From the NCBI GenBank assembly GCA_951406725.2, contig OX597814.1, forward strand, positions 125,860,001 to 125,924,000: DNA of 64,000 bases, written 5' to 3'. The first letter of the stretch is position 1. Every line of letters begins with the position of its first letter. Under the pieces are notes generated by a model, which was given only the letters and a program-made list of their open reading frames with translations, was not told the DNA's origin and ran no database searches. This DNA is from Octopus vulgaris. Lineage: Eukaryota. Of this stretch, positions 13,321 through 26,507 are shown piece by piece. The position numbers and the translations under genes are program-made.

Positions 13321-15162
13321 CTTTATTAGAAATTACTGCAACAAAGAAAAAAAGAAACATAAATATTAAATTTAAAGGGAAGATTCACTAGTCAGAAAGA
13401 GAAAGTGAAGAAAGCAGACAAAGGTGAGATAGAGGGGTGGTGGGTGATGAGAGATATGAGGTTGAATGGACGTTGATCTATAAACAGACTTGCACTTGAA
13501 AATACAACCTACATATTTTGGTAAACAAAGGGGAAAGTAGTAGGGTCGATTTAATTGACAAAAGCCATTTGAGTTGTGCATATGTCAGAAATGAATACTT
13601 TCTGTTCTTAGAATTTCATCCACTCTGTACACAATATGACTGTAGTAGTACGAAGATCAAAGAAGTCTTTTAGTAAAGTAGTTAGATAAGATTTTGAATG
13701 TCAATCTCTAAGAGAGACAAAATTCTCTCAAAGAAATTCTACAGATCTGTCCAACCCATCCAATAAACTGATAGTGATATTACTGATGTTTTTGAAATAT
13801 TTTGTTTTGGTGTACCTACAGGGAATCATACTGTTATATATATTTCCATACACATATTAGGTATAAGGGAAAAAAATTATTTTTTATTTGTGCATCAACA
13901 AAGAGTAAAGTTTCTAGTTCACCCAGTACGCATCATATACAATCAGCTAATTATTAATATATGTAATAATCCACATTGCATTTTTCATTTGCTACAAGTA
14001 TTTATGTTGCATGCAAGAAATAGTTTGTGCTTGTCATGTTCTTCATTTAAGGAAATTGATTTTTCAAATTCTTTTCAGAATTCTTAGCCGCAAGAAGTCA
14101 ATTTTGCAAACATATTACTATTATTTAAAGTGAAATATTCTATATGATGTTTGATATTTATCATTTCTTTATATATATATTTATTCTGCTAAACTCTAAA
14201 GCTAGTAGACTTTCGTGCAACTGATAATTTTATGGAACACATTTTTATCAGCTAATCAGCTACAGATTCATTATATCAATCATATAGTTTAATAGGGACA
14301 GAAATGACTTCAGTCAGCCTCCAGCATCCAGCACTATGTATCTGAAATATTTGTTTATGGCAATTACTGAAGACTTGTTATGAAAGTTAACTTCTCTCAC
14401 AAATTTTGTTTGCATGAATAAGAAAATAATTTCTATTCAAATTTCTTTGAGAGATTATCATAGTTTTGACACGTTTCAATTTTATAGTCTTCAGTATACA
14501 ATGACTTATTTTATTAAGTTAATTTCTGTTTTAGAAATTAAGTAGCTTAAAAATTGTATTATTATTTAAGCTTTAACCTTCGCATCACAATAGTTTGTAG
14601 CATTCAAAATAATGGATATTTTAAAAATTGTTTTGCTTTATCTTTTGGCACAGGCTTGGCCTGTATGTTCGAGATTTTTATTTTCCACTTACATAGTTCT
14701 GGGTTCAATCCTACTGTGCTGCAGCTTGGACAGGTGTTTATTTATCTATTTATATATTGTTTGTTTGTTTTTCTTTTTCTACCAAATCTCATTTGGTAGA
14801 AAAGTTTTTAATTCCTTTTCCTGTTTTAAAAGTGAATTAAAAACTTACCATTGAAATTTCACATCAGTTATATTCTAAACACTTGCTTAATAACAACAAA
14901 TATATTTTACTAAATTTCTTATTAATTTCAAATTGGTTGAAACAAAGGCTGAGTATTTCAACAGAAATATGGTAACAGAAGTGTTAACGTTACCTTTAGA
15001 AGTATCCATTCTGTTGCAAGCATTTTGGGACAGGCTTCTAATTTTAGGATGACTTGTTCTCTTTCTCATACTGGTATGGAAAGAAGCATAAGTACTTGTT
15101 TTTGTGTAAGGTGTTATCAAAACAAGAAAACCAAAAAACAAAAGAAAACTCAATGTAACCTC

Positions 15163-15660
15163 ATCATCGTTATTTACTGTCTGTCCTCCATGCTGGCAGG
15201 AGTTGGACAGATTGACAGGAGCTAGCAAGCCGGAGAGCTGCACCAGGCTCCATTGTCTACTTTGGCATGGTTTCTACAGCTGGATGCCCTTCCTAACACT
15301 AACCACTTTACAGAGTGTACTGGGTGCCTTTTATGTGGCACCAGCAATGGTGCTTTTTGCATGGCACCAACTCCAGCAGGGTCGCTAAGTTGCTTGCAAA
15401 ACAAAGACCTCTCTGCTGGGAGAGGGAAAGGGAACTGTAGGGAATGGCTTTGTGTCAGGTGAGAGGTTAGAGAATAATAGAGGGATAAATGAAGATAAGT
15501 GTTTTAATCTAGAGGAGACAGTAGGAAAATAGAGGAGAGGAAGGAGAGAAAGCTAGAGAAATAGTCTTGTGAGAGAAAAAGAGAGAAATAAATGGTGTCA
15601 AGACCTATCTTCAGGCTGCACTAGGGCAGAGTATAAGTGGTTAAGTGTGGATAGAGGAGG
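15163..15660 (-). mobile_element. Family B (RTE-tail) repeat with purine-rich extension
   Basis: TTTCTACAGCTGGATGCCCTTCCTAACACTAACCAC; GA-rich part resembles the reverse complement of 63300-63620. Confidence 0.7.
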
Positions 15661-16149
15661 ATGCTCCATCAATGGATAATTAGTAATACAAAGGCTAAAC
15701 CTTGTCCATTATTTTATTTTCTGAAACCACATAAATACCAAATGTAAAACTTTAAATGTAATTTCATACTTAGTTTTCTAACTTTATTCTGTGTAAGCTG
15801 TATATAGTCATGTTACAGATATCTAGTGCTGATTGTTCTAATTATTTCCTTTTCTCATAGAAAATTATGCCATAATTATGACATTCTTCTCAGCAAGATG
15901 TCATTTTTACTCACATTGTCTACTATAATAGTTTCCTTAATTAGACAGATTGATTACTGATTTTATTATTTCCTGATTTCTTGTTGATATTGTGAATCAG
16001 TGGAGCATGCTAATTTTACATTGAAATAAAAGGTTGTTCAGCAATTGAACACTCTTGTCAGATTATATATACATTATAGATTGGTTCCCAATAAAAATGT
16101 TTTAATTTTCCATCTAAAAATAATGGTTATGGCTCATTTACAGGAAAGG

Positions 16150-16750
16150 AAACTTGTTGCTAACTGCTGCTTGTGGGAGGAGGTGTGTAATAGGGAAGTA
16201 TTTTAAGAGACTTGTTGCTACTAACTGCTATGAAAGTGAAGTGGAAATGAAATATTACAGGAGATTTCTATCTTCTGCATGAGAGAAGTGTGGTAGAAGT
16301 ATTTTAGAAGACTTGTTGCAAACCTCTCTATGAAGAAGGTGTGGCCACAGTGTTTCAAGAGACTTGTTGCTAACCACTGCATAAGAGAGGAGGTGTATAG
16401 TAGAGAAGAGTTTTAGGGGTCTTGTTGCTAACTTTTGTAAGAAGACTCTCTGGTAGCAGTGTCTCAAGAGACTTGTTGCTATCTTTTGCAAGAGGGAGGA
16501 GGTGCATTGCAGAAAAGTATTATAGGAGACATGTTGCTAATTTCTCCAAGAAGGAGATATGACACAAGTATTTCAGAAGACTTGTAGCTAGTTTCTGTAA
16601 GAGGGAAGTATGATACATTTATTTCTGGAAATTTGTTGCCGACTGCTACAACAAAGACATCTAACAGAAACATTTGAGACTTCTGTAGGCCATGAAACTG
16701 TTTTGGCAAAAGGAGGAAATCCTTGTTACTGATTCTTTATGGCAGAAGTG
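16150..16750. repeat. Degenerate ~44-bp minisatellite (GAGACTTGTTGCTAAC...GAGGAGGTGT...AGTATTT)
   Basis: About a dozen recurrences of (GA)CTTGTTGCTA at ~44-nt spacing. Confidence 0.8.
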
Positions 16751-17062
16751 TTAGATAATTGAACAAAATGTTTTATAGTATTTATTCCAGCTTTTTACAA
16801 TTTATGTTCAAATCCAGCCAAAGCCTTTCATCCACCTGGGTCGATAAATAAAGCAACACTCTAAGGCAGTGGACTGGCAAAATTGTTAGAATATCTAATG
16901 GGTTTCCTTGCAATATTTGTTGCAGTTATTTGCATTCTGAGTTCAAATCCTAGCTTAACTTCCTTAGGTAGAAAACTTAATTTATGTTACAAGCAATCGG
17001 ATCAAGTTTCCAGCTGGGGATTACCTTCTCTGTGTGTGTGTGTCTCTGTCTGTCTGTCTGTC

Positions 17063-17093
<31 letters not shown>

Positions 17094-17197
17094 GGTCTTA
17101 GAGGCCCTGCAAGGACCATGAACATTACCCTTCCTTCTTGATAAAAAAAATCAACAACAAAGAACCTAAACAAAAACAAAACAAAACTTTCATAAAT

Positions 17198-17248
<51 letters not shown>

Positions 17249-17250
<2 letters not shown>

Positions 17251-17632
17251 GTGCAGGTATAGCTGTATGGTTCAGAAATTTACTTTGCAATCACATGCTT
17301 TTGTGTTCAGTTCCACGGTGCAGCTCCTTGGACAAGTGCTTTTTACTATAGCCCCAGGTCAACCCATACCTTGTGAGTGAATTTGGTAAATGGATCCTGT
17401 GTGTAAGCCTATCGTGTGTTTGTTGTGTGTGTATCTTTCTGTATATCCCTCCACAGCTTCACAACTAGTGTTGGTTTGTTTGTCATTGTAACTTAGTGAC
17501 CAGACAAAAGGTACAGATAGAATACGTACCAGACTTTGAAAACTAAGTATTGGTGTTGATTTGTTTGTCTAAATCCTTTGTACTCCATCATGGTCACAGT
17601 CCAATAACTGAAACAAGTAAAATATGAAAGAT
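17249..17632 (+). mobile_element. CORE-type SINE family A (older, diverged)
   Basis: Colinear with 673-1066. Confidence 0.8.
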
Positions 17633-17675
17633 GTTTGGAATGTTATTAGTTTGGAGATTAAGAGATGCCAGATTA

Positions 17676-18286
17676 ACCATTCTGTTTAAAAGCTGCCTTT
17701 ATTTCAATTTACTTTGCAAATAATAAAGTATGTAGTGGAATAAATGTCCTTATTAAAGTTTGCGTTTGGAACATAACATGTATGGAAAGTTTTAATATGG
17801 ATTAGTTTAAACACAAAAGGTGTATCATAGAACTAAGGGTGTTCTTTACTCTTTTACTTGTTTCAGTCATTTGACTGCAGCCATGCTGGAGCACCACCAT
17901 TAGTCAAGCAAATCGACCCCAGGACTTATTCTTTGTAAGCCTGGTACATATTCTATTGGTCTCTTTTGCCGAACCGCTAAGTTACAGGGACGCAAACACA
18001 CCACCATCGGTTGTCAAGTGATGTTGGTGGGGGGGGGACACACATACACATATGTATACATATATATGACAGGCTTCTTTCAGTTTCCGTCTACCAAATC
18101 CACTCACAAAGCTTTGGTCAGCCCGAGGCCATAGTAGAAGACACTTGCCTAAGGTGCCACACAGTGGGAATGAACCTGGAACCATGTAGTTGGTAAGCAA
18201 GCTACTTACCACACTGCCACTCCTGCACCTATTTCAATTTAGTTTGAAGTAATAGAGCAATCACAGGTGGATTTGTATTAAAAGGG
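17676..18286. mobile_element. TTAA-flanked piggyBac-like MITE interrupted by a SINE
   Basis: TTAACC... to ...AAAAGGGTTAA; interior similar to 50076-50277 and 52516-52736. Confidence 0.5.
17843..18230 (-). mobile_element. CORE-type SINE family A, full length, relatively young
   Basis: Reverse complement of family A, retains CpGs, complete head (AGGTGCAGGAGTGGCAGTGTGGTAAG) and tail. Confidence 0.9.
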
Positions 18287-19109
18287 TTAAAAGTTCATGT
18301 GTACAAGTTGTAAAATGCATTTAAGCTTTTTATTACATTCAACTTGATAAATAGGTACCAGTTATGGACTGACTATAAAAATGATTTTCTTTAATCTAAC
18401 ATCATTTATTTGACTATTACATTAATAAATAAATATTAAATTTCAGTTGAATAGTTGAGTATTTTTGAAGCACAGCTACAATATTTTAGAAATTTGATGA
18501 ATTTTATCAAAATGTTACACTTGCATATTTTATCTGAAAATCTATGAAATTTAAAAATGAACGAAAGGAAATAACCTTTCCCTCTCATTCTTCCTTTTTA
18601 TCCCCTCTCTCTCCCTCCCTCTTCTCTCGTTCTTCTCAACCCCCTCTGAATTTTGTAATATAAAGTTTATATAGCTACATAACGTTAAACCCGCTTTATT
18701 TACTGAATTTTTGAATTTTCAGTGAGATAACATTTAAAATGAAAATATTTAGGTAGATTATGTGAAAAAAAAAAAGATCAAGCTTACTCCTTACTTATCA
18801 AAGAATTCTATCAGCTGTTTCAGTGCAAAGGACACCTTATAATATATTTCTTTTTGACAAGTGTCAACTTATTTTGTTTGTACATAGTTTGGAATTAATA
18901 AACAACTTTATAAATCATTGCCACTAGCTGTGTGTGTGTGTGTATAGGTGGGGTTGTATGTGTATAGCATTAACAAAATCAAAGATACTAGATCATATTA
19001 CTGCTTTCAGATATTCTTAGGGCAAACTTCAATTTCACTTTTGATTATATGTTTGAATGTTTACTTAGATAGCTAGCTAGATAGATGTAAATACACATAC
19101 ATACGTACT

Positions 19110-19461
19110 TATATAATCAAAAATCAAACGCAAACCAAGATCGAAATCAAAATGGAAATTGTAGTTTTGGCTGTTTACATTGGGCAGATGGCTGATTCAT
19201 TTAAGAATTGTTATCACAACCATGTTGCTAGTTTCAAGAGAACTAATAAGAGACATTCAACATCTTTGGTTGATTTTCTATGGCAACTGAAGGAAGATAA
19301 AATTAAGTACAACATAACTTGGTCCATAGTAAGGCATGCAAAGCCATACAATATAATTTCCAGGAAATGCAGACTCTGCACTGAGGAATCCCTGTCTATT
19401 CTGAAGACCAATGAGAAGATCATTAATAGAATTTCTGAAAGACTCTCAAGATACCTACACT
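19110..19461 (+). mobile_element. Penelope-like retroelement GIY-YIG endonuclease fragment (Naiad-like)
   Basis: [52 protein letters not shown] is a PLE GIY-YIG with C-terminal CxxC; the ORF runs on into a (TA) microsatellite. Confidence 0.8.
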
Positions 19462-19770
19462 CATATACATATATATATATGCACATATATACATACATAT
19501 GTATATATGTATATACATATATATATGTATATACATATATATATGTATATACATATATATATATATACATATATATATATGTATATATGTATATATATAT
19601 ACATAAATATATATATGTATATACGTATATATATATACATATATATATATACATATATATATATACATATATATATGTATATACATATATATATGTATAT
19701 ACATATATATATGTATATACATATATATATATATGTATATACATATATATATATACATATATATATATAC

Positions 19771-19801
<31 letters not shown>

Positions 19802-19825
19802 CATATATATATGTACATATATATG

Positions 19826-19860
<35 letters not shown>

Positions 19861-19863
19861 ATA
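19462..19863. repeat. Compound (TA)n/TATG/TACA/(TG)n microsatellite, ~400 bp
   Basis: Direct read. Confidence 0.95.
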
Positions 19864-21170
19864 TAGAGTGCAGTGAATAAATTGTCGTTTAAATTATGCA
19901 AAAATGAAAATAACACTAACATCTCACTTTAATTGATATATTTACCAAAATTAAATAAAGAATACCTTGAAATACTAAAGAGTAAATTTATTCAATAAAA
20001 TTGTCTTTGGCTTTAACCACTTCCTCCAGACAACTTTGGAATCTCCTGAAACTCTTCTGGATGGTCTTCTTGTTTAAGTTGGTGAATGCTAACATAATCC
20101 TTGCCTTCAGTTCATCTTTGTTGTTACAAGGAGTTTTGTTGATCTCTCGCTCAACTTCATCCCACACATAATAATCAAGTGGGTTGCAGTCTGGGGAGTT
20201 AGGAGTCATGTGGTCACAATCTGGCCAGATTTTAGGAGTGATGTGGTTTCAGAAATTGTCTGACAGCCATGACTGGGTTCTCCTTCTTGTGTGGCATGGT
20301 GTAGACTCCTGTTGCTAGACATAGGGTCTTCCAGCAGCCACCCTCTACACCCAGGGTAGCACTACCTCATCCAGGCAATTGATATAGGCCTCCGTGTTGA
20401 GTATGAGAGAAGATGAATGGCAGCATGTCACCATCACTAGTGATCACTCCAAACACCATGATGTTGACTGGATGTTTGATTTTTATCACTTTCAATGCAT
20501 GTTTTGGGGACACGGTAAACCAATGGTTGTTCTGTGTGTTCACCATCTGATCCTGGCAGAAATTTTTCTTGTCTGAGAAAAACCAAAGCATGTTTGGTCG
20601 GAGGGGATGCTTGAGTTTGTTGAAAAGCTTCATAGCATGGTTTTCTCTTGTCCTTGATGACTTGAGATAAAAATTGGCCCTTCATCTTATAGGAAGAATA
20701 TCAAATGTCTTCATGCACTACCTGTCTGATAAGAAACTTAAACACTTTCATGTCCCTGACAATGAACCTGACTGACTTGACAGAATCGTAGTCAGTCATG
20801 GCCTAGGTCTCACCAACAAATTCAGGATTTCTTTTGTTATCAGAATGATCAGAGTGAGTTTTCTGAACTACTGTACCCTCATTATCACCATTAAATTCAT
20901 TCAACTCTTTCTTAATCCTCTGCAGTATCCTCAGATTGACACCAAGACACTCTGAAATGTTTGTATTGGAGCTTCTGGCATTAATGCCAAGCAGTAGATC
21001 ATGTAGTTTCCAAATTTCTGGCAGAGTGAAGTGTATCATGGTGCTGTTTTTCTCACAGACTGTACCCAACTGATCCTACTATACTGTGTAGCCAACAAAA
21101 TCAAAAACAAGCAGTGCACATGAGTGAAATTAAAATTATGATATGGTGACAATTTACCTATCACACCTTG
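19864..21170 (-). mobile_element. Full-length (~1.3 kb) Tc1/mariner DD37D (maT) transposon, inactive
   Basis: Imperfect TIRs (TAGAGTGCAGTGAATAAATTGTCG / GGTGACAATTTACCTATCACACCTTG), TA on both sides, transposase motifs inside. Confidence 0.9.
19988..21039 (-). pseudogene. DD37D transposase pseudogene
   Basis: Split ORFs carry WFFSDKKNF, MVFGVITSDG and PNSPDCNPLDYYVW; frameshifts and stops; short internal duplication near 20198-20250. Confidence 0.88.
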
Positions 21171-21289
21171 TATATACATATACATACATACATACATATA
21201 TACATATATATTTATATATATATAACCACGCATACACCTACTGTCATACAAATCTATATAAAATCCATTCAACCTTGCCATTGGTATAA

Positions 21290-21935
21290 TATGACCAAAT
21301 GATTAAGAAGCTTGCTTCACAATCATGAGGTCTTGACCTCAATTCCATTGCATGGCATCTTGGACAAGTGTCTTTTTCTATAGCCTCAAGGTGACATATT
21401 TTGTGAGAGAAGTTATGCAGATGGGAACTGTGTGGAAGTTTAGTGCATGGATATGACCTTGCCTCATTGTGTTACAATGATTTTCCCTTAAGAATTATGT
21501 TAATGATAAACATACCTGTGGAGTGCTTAGCCACTTACGTGTTAATTCAATGAGGTTGGTAGTTCAGTTGACTGAACAAATGAAAACTCATAATCTTACA
21601 TATATATGTGTGTGTGTGTTATATATGTGTGTGCTATAAATGTGTGTTTTATGTGTGTGCATGCACATGTTGTGTATCTTTGTTTGTGTGTATCCTTGCC
21701 ATGACATTACATGTTGATTATAAGTGAGCATCATTGCCATACAAGTGAGATAGTTCCTTTCCAGTCTTTCACAAAAAGCATGTCTTGCTAGGGAAAATAT
21801 ACTTTTCTTAGAAACAGGTGAAGGGTTTACTTTCCTTAGTAATAGGAAAGGCATTCAACCATAGAAAAATTTACTTCATGTAATTCCATCTGAGCCAGGC
21901 AAGTATAGAAAAGTGACTGTTAAATGTTGATGATC
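21290..21935 (+). mobile_element. Composite SINE: family A head + middle module + (TG)n + RTE-like 3' module
   Basis: Head as family A; middle module also at 26670-26840 and 28738-28810; 3' module also at 37465-37712 and 41880-42120. Confidence 0.6.
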
Positions 21936-22479
21936 TAATTACAGAAGCAGCCAATTGGCTGTATTATTACAGCTTCAGACAGAATGCTTTGCAGTTATTA
22001 GCTCTGGCTGTTTGCATTCGCAGTTCAAATTTCACTGAGGTCAGCTTTGTCTTTCATCCTTTTCGAGTTTATAAATAAAATTTCAGTCTTACACTGAAGT
22101 CAGTTCTTTTCTTTCTCTAACTCTTTCTTTCTATCAGTCTCTTCCTCTGCTGGAAGAAATTGACTGTGATTAGACTCATAGAGGGATGGACTCCGCCAAG
22201 TCTAAAATGCCCAAGGTGGAACTCCTACAACTCTATGAAGGCATACTATATTTAACTATATATTTATTTGTATCCTAGGGGAGGTGTGGTAGTAAAAAGG
22301 TTAAGAACCACTGATCTATGTATTTATCTACATATTTACCAGTATATTTTACCTGAACATGTACCTATGTATTTAACTGTACATTTTCCTCCATATTTCC
22401 CTATGTATATCTATGTCTATTATTAACCTTAATACTTAACTGTTTATTTACCTATATATTTATATCATTAAATAAGCTA

Positions 22480-22700
22480 ATGAGGAAGATCATTTCATTG
22501 CTTGGTTCATTGGAAATAGCAGCTATAATATATGCCAAATCATTCCTACTATCTTAAAAGAAAAGTGAATGACACATTGGATAATTTAGTTCTAGATAAA
22601 CTATACCCAAAACAAAACAAAAAGTGAGATAGTCATGGTTGGAATGCCTTTGATCATGTATCTGCTCATTCAGGTCTGACCTGGAGCTAAACAACATCAA
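22480..22700 (+). mobile_element. Old ~220-bp interspersed repeat, family C, (AAC)n tail
   Basis: ATGAGGAAG..GAAATAGCAGC..AAATCA..CTACT.TCTTAAAA..ACATTGGATAAT..GGAATGCCTTTGATCAT..CTGACCTGGAGCTAAACAAC; many copies. Confidence 0.7.
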
Positions 22701-22859
22701 CTGATATCAAACAACTTTGTGCTCCATGCTTTCATATATTTTATATATTTCAGTCTGTTTAACATGCAATTTTCAAATTTCTTTGATTCTTCAAACAAGT
22801 GATTTGAGTTTTTTACAATAAATATCTGTATCTTTTTGCACACTTGTTTTTCTATTAAC

Positions 22860-23105
22860 TTTTTCATGGCCATATTTCAAATGAAACACACTGACTGTAT
22901 GTTTGAAAATAAACCAAGAATTTAGAAAGATTTAATAAAATAAATAACTTTCCCATTATCTAGTCAGTGTTTGGAACATGACTTTAGAAAAAAAAAAAGG
23001 TTCTTGCATAAATTTATGAAGGAAGGTATTTTTTAAATTTAATTATGATTTCTTTAAAGCAGGTTGTTTTCTATAAAAGAATAAGTAAGGTTGGCATCAA
23101 AAGAT
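22860..23105. mobile_element. Decayed TTAA-flanked MITE
   Basis: Interior similar to 52516-52736; degenerate TTAAC..../....TTTAA ends. Confidence 0.45.
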
Positions 23106-23941
23106 TTAACACCCACCTCAGTCCTAAAGTTTTATGCAAATAATGGAAGTTACAAGTGGTGCTAAAGATTATTTACACACTTCTGTAAAAATAAAACAAA
23201 ACAAAAATAAATAAAACCGAAACAAATATTGGTTTCAGCAACAGAATCTTATTAATGACATTTTTAAATTCATGGTTTATAATTTCATATTCCTTAGATT
23301 AGACATTAGGTTTATTATATACATTAAATGTAATCCCAAATAAATATTTCTCATTCTGAAATAAATGCCATACTTCCAGTTTACAATTCCTTGCACTATG
23401 ATAGTCACTACCAAATAATTCTTCTCAGTCTAATTATCTAACTTTGGTAATGGCAGAACCATCTGCAGATTTCTCACTATCCAAGTTTTTAATGTGCAGC
23501 TGAGTCAGTGACTGTGTTTTATCATCTGTAATGAAAGGTTAGTTGCACCATCATGATAACAACATTGACAGTTATGGAGTATTTTTTTCTTCTTTCTGAG
23601 ATATTTCCTATTCATTAAAGTCTGAATCAACTAGTATCAGATGTAGAAAGTATATTGTACAAAAAAAAAAAAAAACACGAAAAAAAAACTGTCTGTTCCA
23701 ATAATGGATTAGAATAATGTACTTTAGCACTTCAGATTGCATATTTTCTTCTCCTTGAGCTTTTATTTCTTCTTCTTCTTTACATTAAGTTGGTGACTTC
23801 CCTTTTCACATTTCATTACTATTATCTTTGCAAATTGGACTTCGATTTCACATCTTTTATTATAAATAGCACTGCACAACATGTTTGTTTCTAAAGTAAA
23901 CTTGTAGCACAACAATAGAGTTCTATTGTTTAAAATGAGTC

Positions 23942-24137
23942 AATGAGGAAGCCTCTACATAGTTGCTTGACCTGCTAGAAACAACAACCACATCTCCCTT
24001 AAATCATACCCTACTGTTTTACGAAAGACACACGCAGTATAATGTAGTCCAAGAGATAAGAGATGAGGGTCACAGCTGGAATACCCTTGATAATATATTT
24101 GCTCAATTAGAGCTGACCTGGAACTAAACTGCAACAC
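23942..24137 (+). mobile_element. Family C repeat
   Basis: Colinear with 22480-22700. Confidence 0.7.
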
Positions 24138-26507
24138 TGAAATTTTTATCTAGTCTTTTATTTCCACAGAACTACAGCCATGAGGTTGTTTCTGCATTCA
24201 CTCACGTTTTCCCTTCAACTACTAAACAGCTTATGACAAGCAAATTGTGCTATCTCAGAAAAAACCTAATGTCTCCTGTCTATTCTCTTCTATTTGTCAT
24301 CTCATTCACTGAAACCTTATACCCATGTTTCATTGTTTCATGTCCATGTCAGTAGTGCAGTGGTGGTGCTGCCATTGCTATTTCTCTTGCATTTTCTATT
24401 AAGTATCGGTCATTTTTCTTGTTATATGTATAGCTTCATGTATTTGTAGTAATGTTGCATCATGTGGGTGTATGAATACAATTTTTACTTCAGTATTATT
24501 CAATATGCTGTCATGTTTATCCTTAGCATGCTGGTGAAAGTACCAACGTATCACCTTTCTCTCTACATGGAACTAGATTGCATTGATGAGAACTTAACTG
24601 AAGAAGAAAATTTCTTCAGTTCTTTCAGTCTTGCCCACCATACAATCTTTTTCATAATTGCTACCAGACAGAGGAAAACTGCTTACCTTTCCCTACCCAA
24701 AGGAACACAGTAGAGTAAACCACACTATGAACTTTGCAGACAACCAGAGCCACTTACATGACAACAGCTGCTTGACATAACTCGACAAGTCAGTAATGCT
24801 TAGATGCTGGACAATAATGGCATTTTGGAGAGGTTTGTCTGATACCACTTCTGTGCCTAAAAGATTTATCCTGAACTAACTATATCCCTCAAGTGAGACT
24901 ACCAAGTTAGAGATTTCTGTGAGTTGCTATAGTCCCCAGATCAAAAGTCTTGTAGAATAGACTGTTCAGTTGACCTTCATTGGTACTTAGTACTTTTCTG
25001 AGATCATTTTTGCTCATGCTCACAACTAATTCTAAGATGCACGCCAGGATAAGACATTTCTATTGCAGACCTACACTTACACATGCAACAAATCTCTTCT
25101 CTCCATACCATTGATACTACTGAAAGAAAAGGCAAGCACCAGTAGTAGTGCTTGATTCCAGTGTCATCACAGATTGACTCAAAACATGAAGAACCAGAAC
25201 ATATATTACAAAGCATTTGCTCCTGCTCTGTAGCAATTTTATCAATACCCACCCAATATTCATTCCTTATTTTATTAACCCCAGAAGGATGAACGGTAAA
25301 GTATGTACATATATACTTACCTTAATAACACAGCTCTCGGTGAGATCTTGATATCTTTATCATGTAATAACATAATATTACTGAGAGTTTAATTCAGTAA
25401 TAATAACAACACTAACAAAACAACTGCTGTTTTTAGCTAAAGGCAATTTTCTTAAATACCAATAAATGTGTAATTTCTGGTAATTTCTGCAGTGAGAAAT
25501 TTTGTAGTATTATTAAATAACAATTAGGAAAAATGTATTTTCTTATAACTTAAGCCTGAAATTTATAGAATTAATATTAATTAATTTAGAAAATTTAATT
25601 TCTATGGCTGCCTTTTTTTTTGCTTCCAAACTCGCAAACTCAAAAATATGTAACACACTGTTGAACATTGTTCCACTGTTATAAATCTATATTAATAAAG
25701 TTTAGATCGATAAATTAAAATATTTTCTACAGTTATGATACACAATCTATGTTTTGTTTTACTATGTGACACACAGTACTGTGTGTATGTTTGTTAATAT
25801 CTGTATTTTATATGTATGTGTGGTAGAATGTGTGCAAGTCTGCATAAGAGCAAGTATTCACTGTTTGCATGGATCTTGTGTGTGTTTGTGTGTCTGAATA
25901 TTTGTATTTATGCCTGTGTGCATTTATATGTGTGTAAGAGTATATATGTATGTGTGTATGAGTCCAAATGTATGCATGATATGTACATGTGTGTGTTTGA
26001 TAGTCAAGCAAATTTAGGTCAAAAAACAATAGCGTACAAAACCAACTAATCAATCAACCAAACATATAATGAGCCAACAAAGGATTCTCTAGAAATAGTA
26101 GCCATATTTCTTTAACATCATATCCTACAATGTTTAAAAAAGAAAGACTCATTTGATCTGCTGTCAGATATATACTATGCGTAAAAAACAATGCTGGATA
26201 GTCATAGTAGAGCTCTTTCATTGTAGGTTTGCTGGATGCACTGATGAGGAAGCCACTATGATAGACTATTGTCCTATCCTAGGCAAGATTTATTTCTCAT
26301 CCACTTAAATCTGTATTAATCAGAGATTCATCCTGATTATGATTTAAGAAAAATATTTACCAACTTTTATTACAACTCAGAGAAATATTTTCCAATTTCC
26401 CTTGTGAGGTAATGATTAATTTCTTACATCTCATTCTCTGTGGTGTTATGATGTAAATATCTTGTTATTAAATGTTTGTTATATCAACACAAGGGATTCA
26501 TGGATGC

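Noticed and set aside
19214-19922. Long Y/I/T/H-rich ORFs in several frames
   Set aside because: Translations of a TA/TG microsatellite; only the first ~100 codons of 19152-19880 are real (PLE) coding remnant
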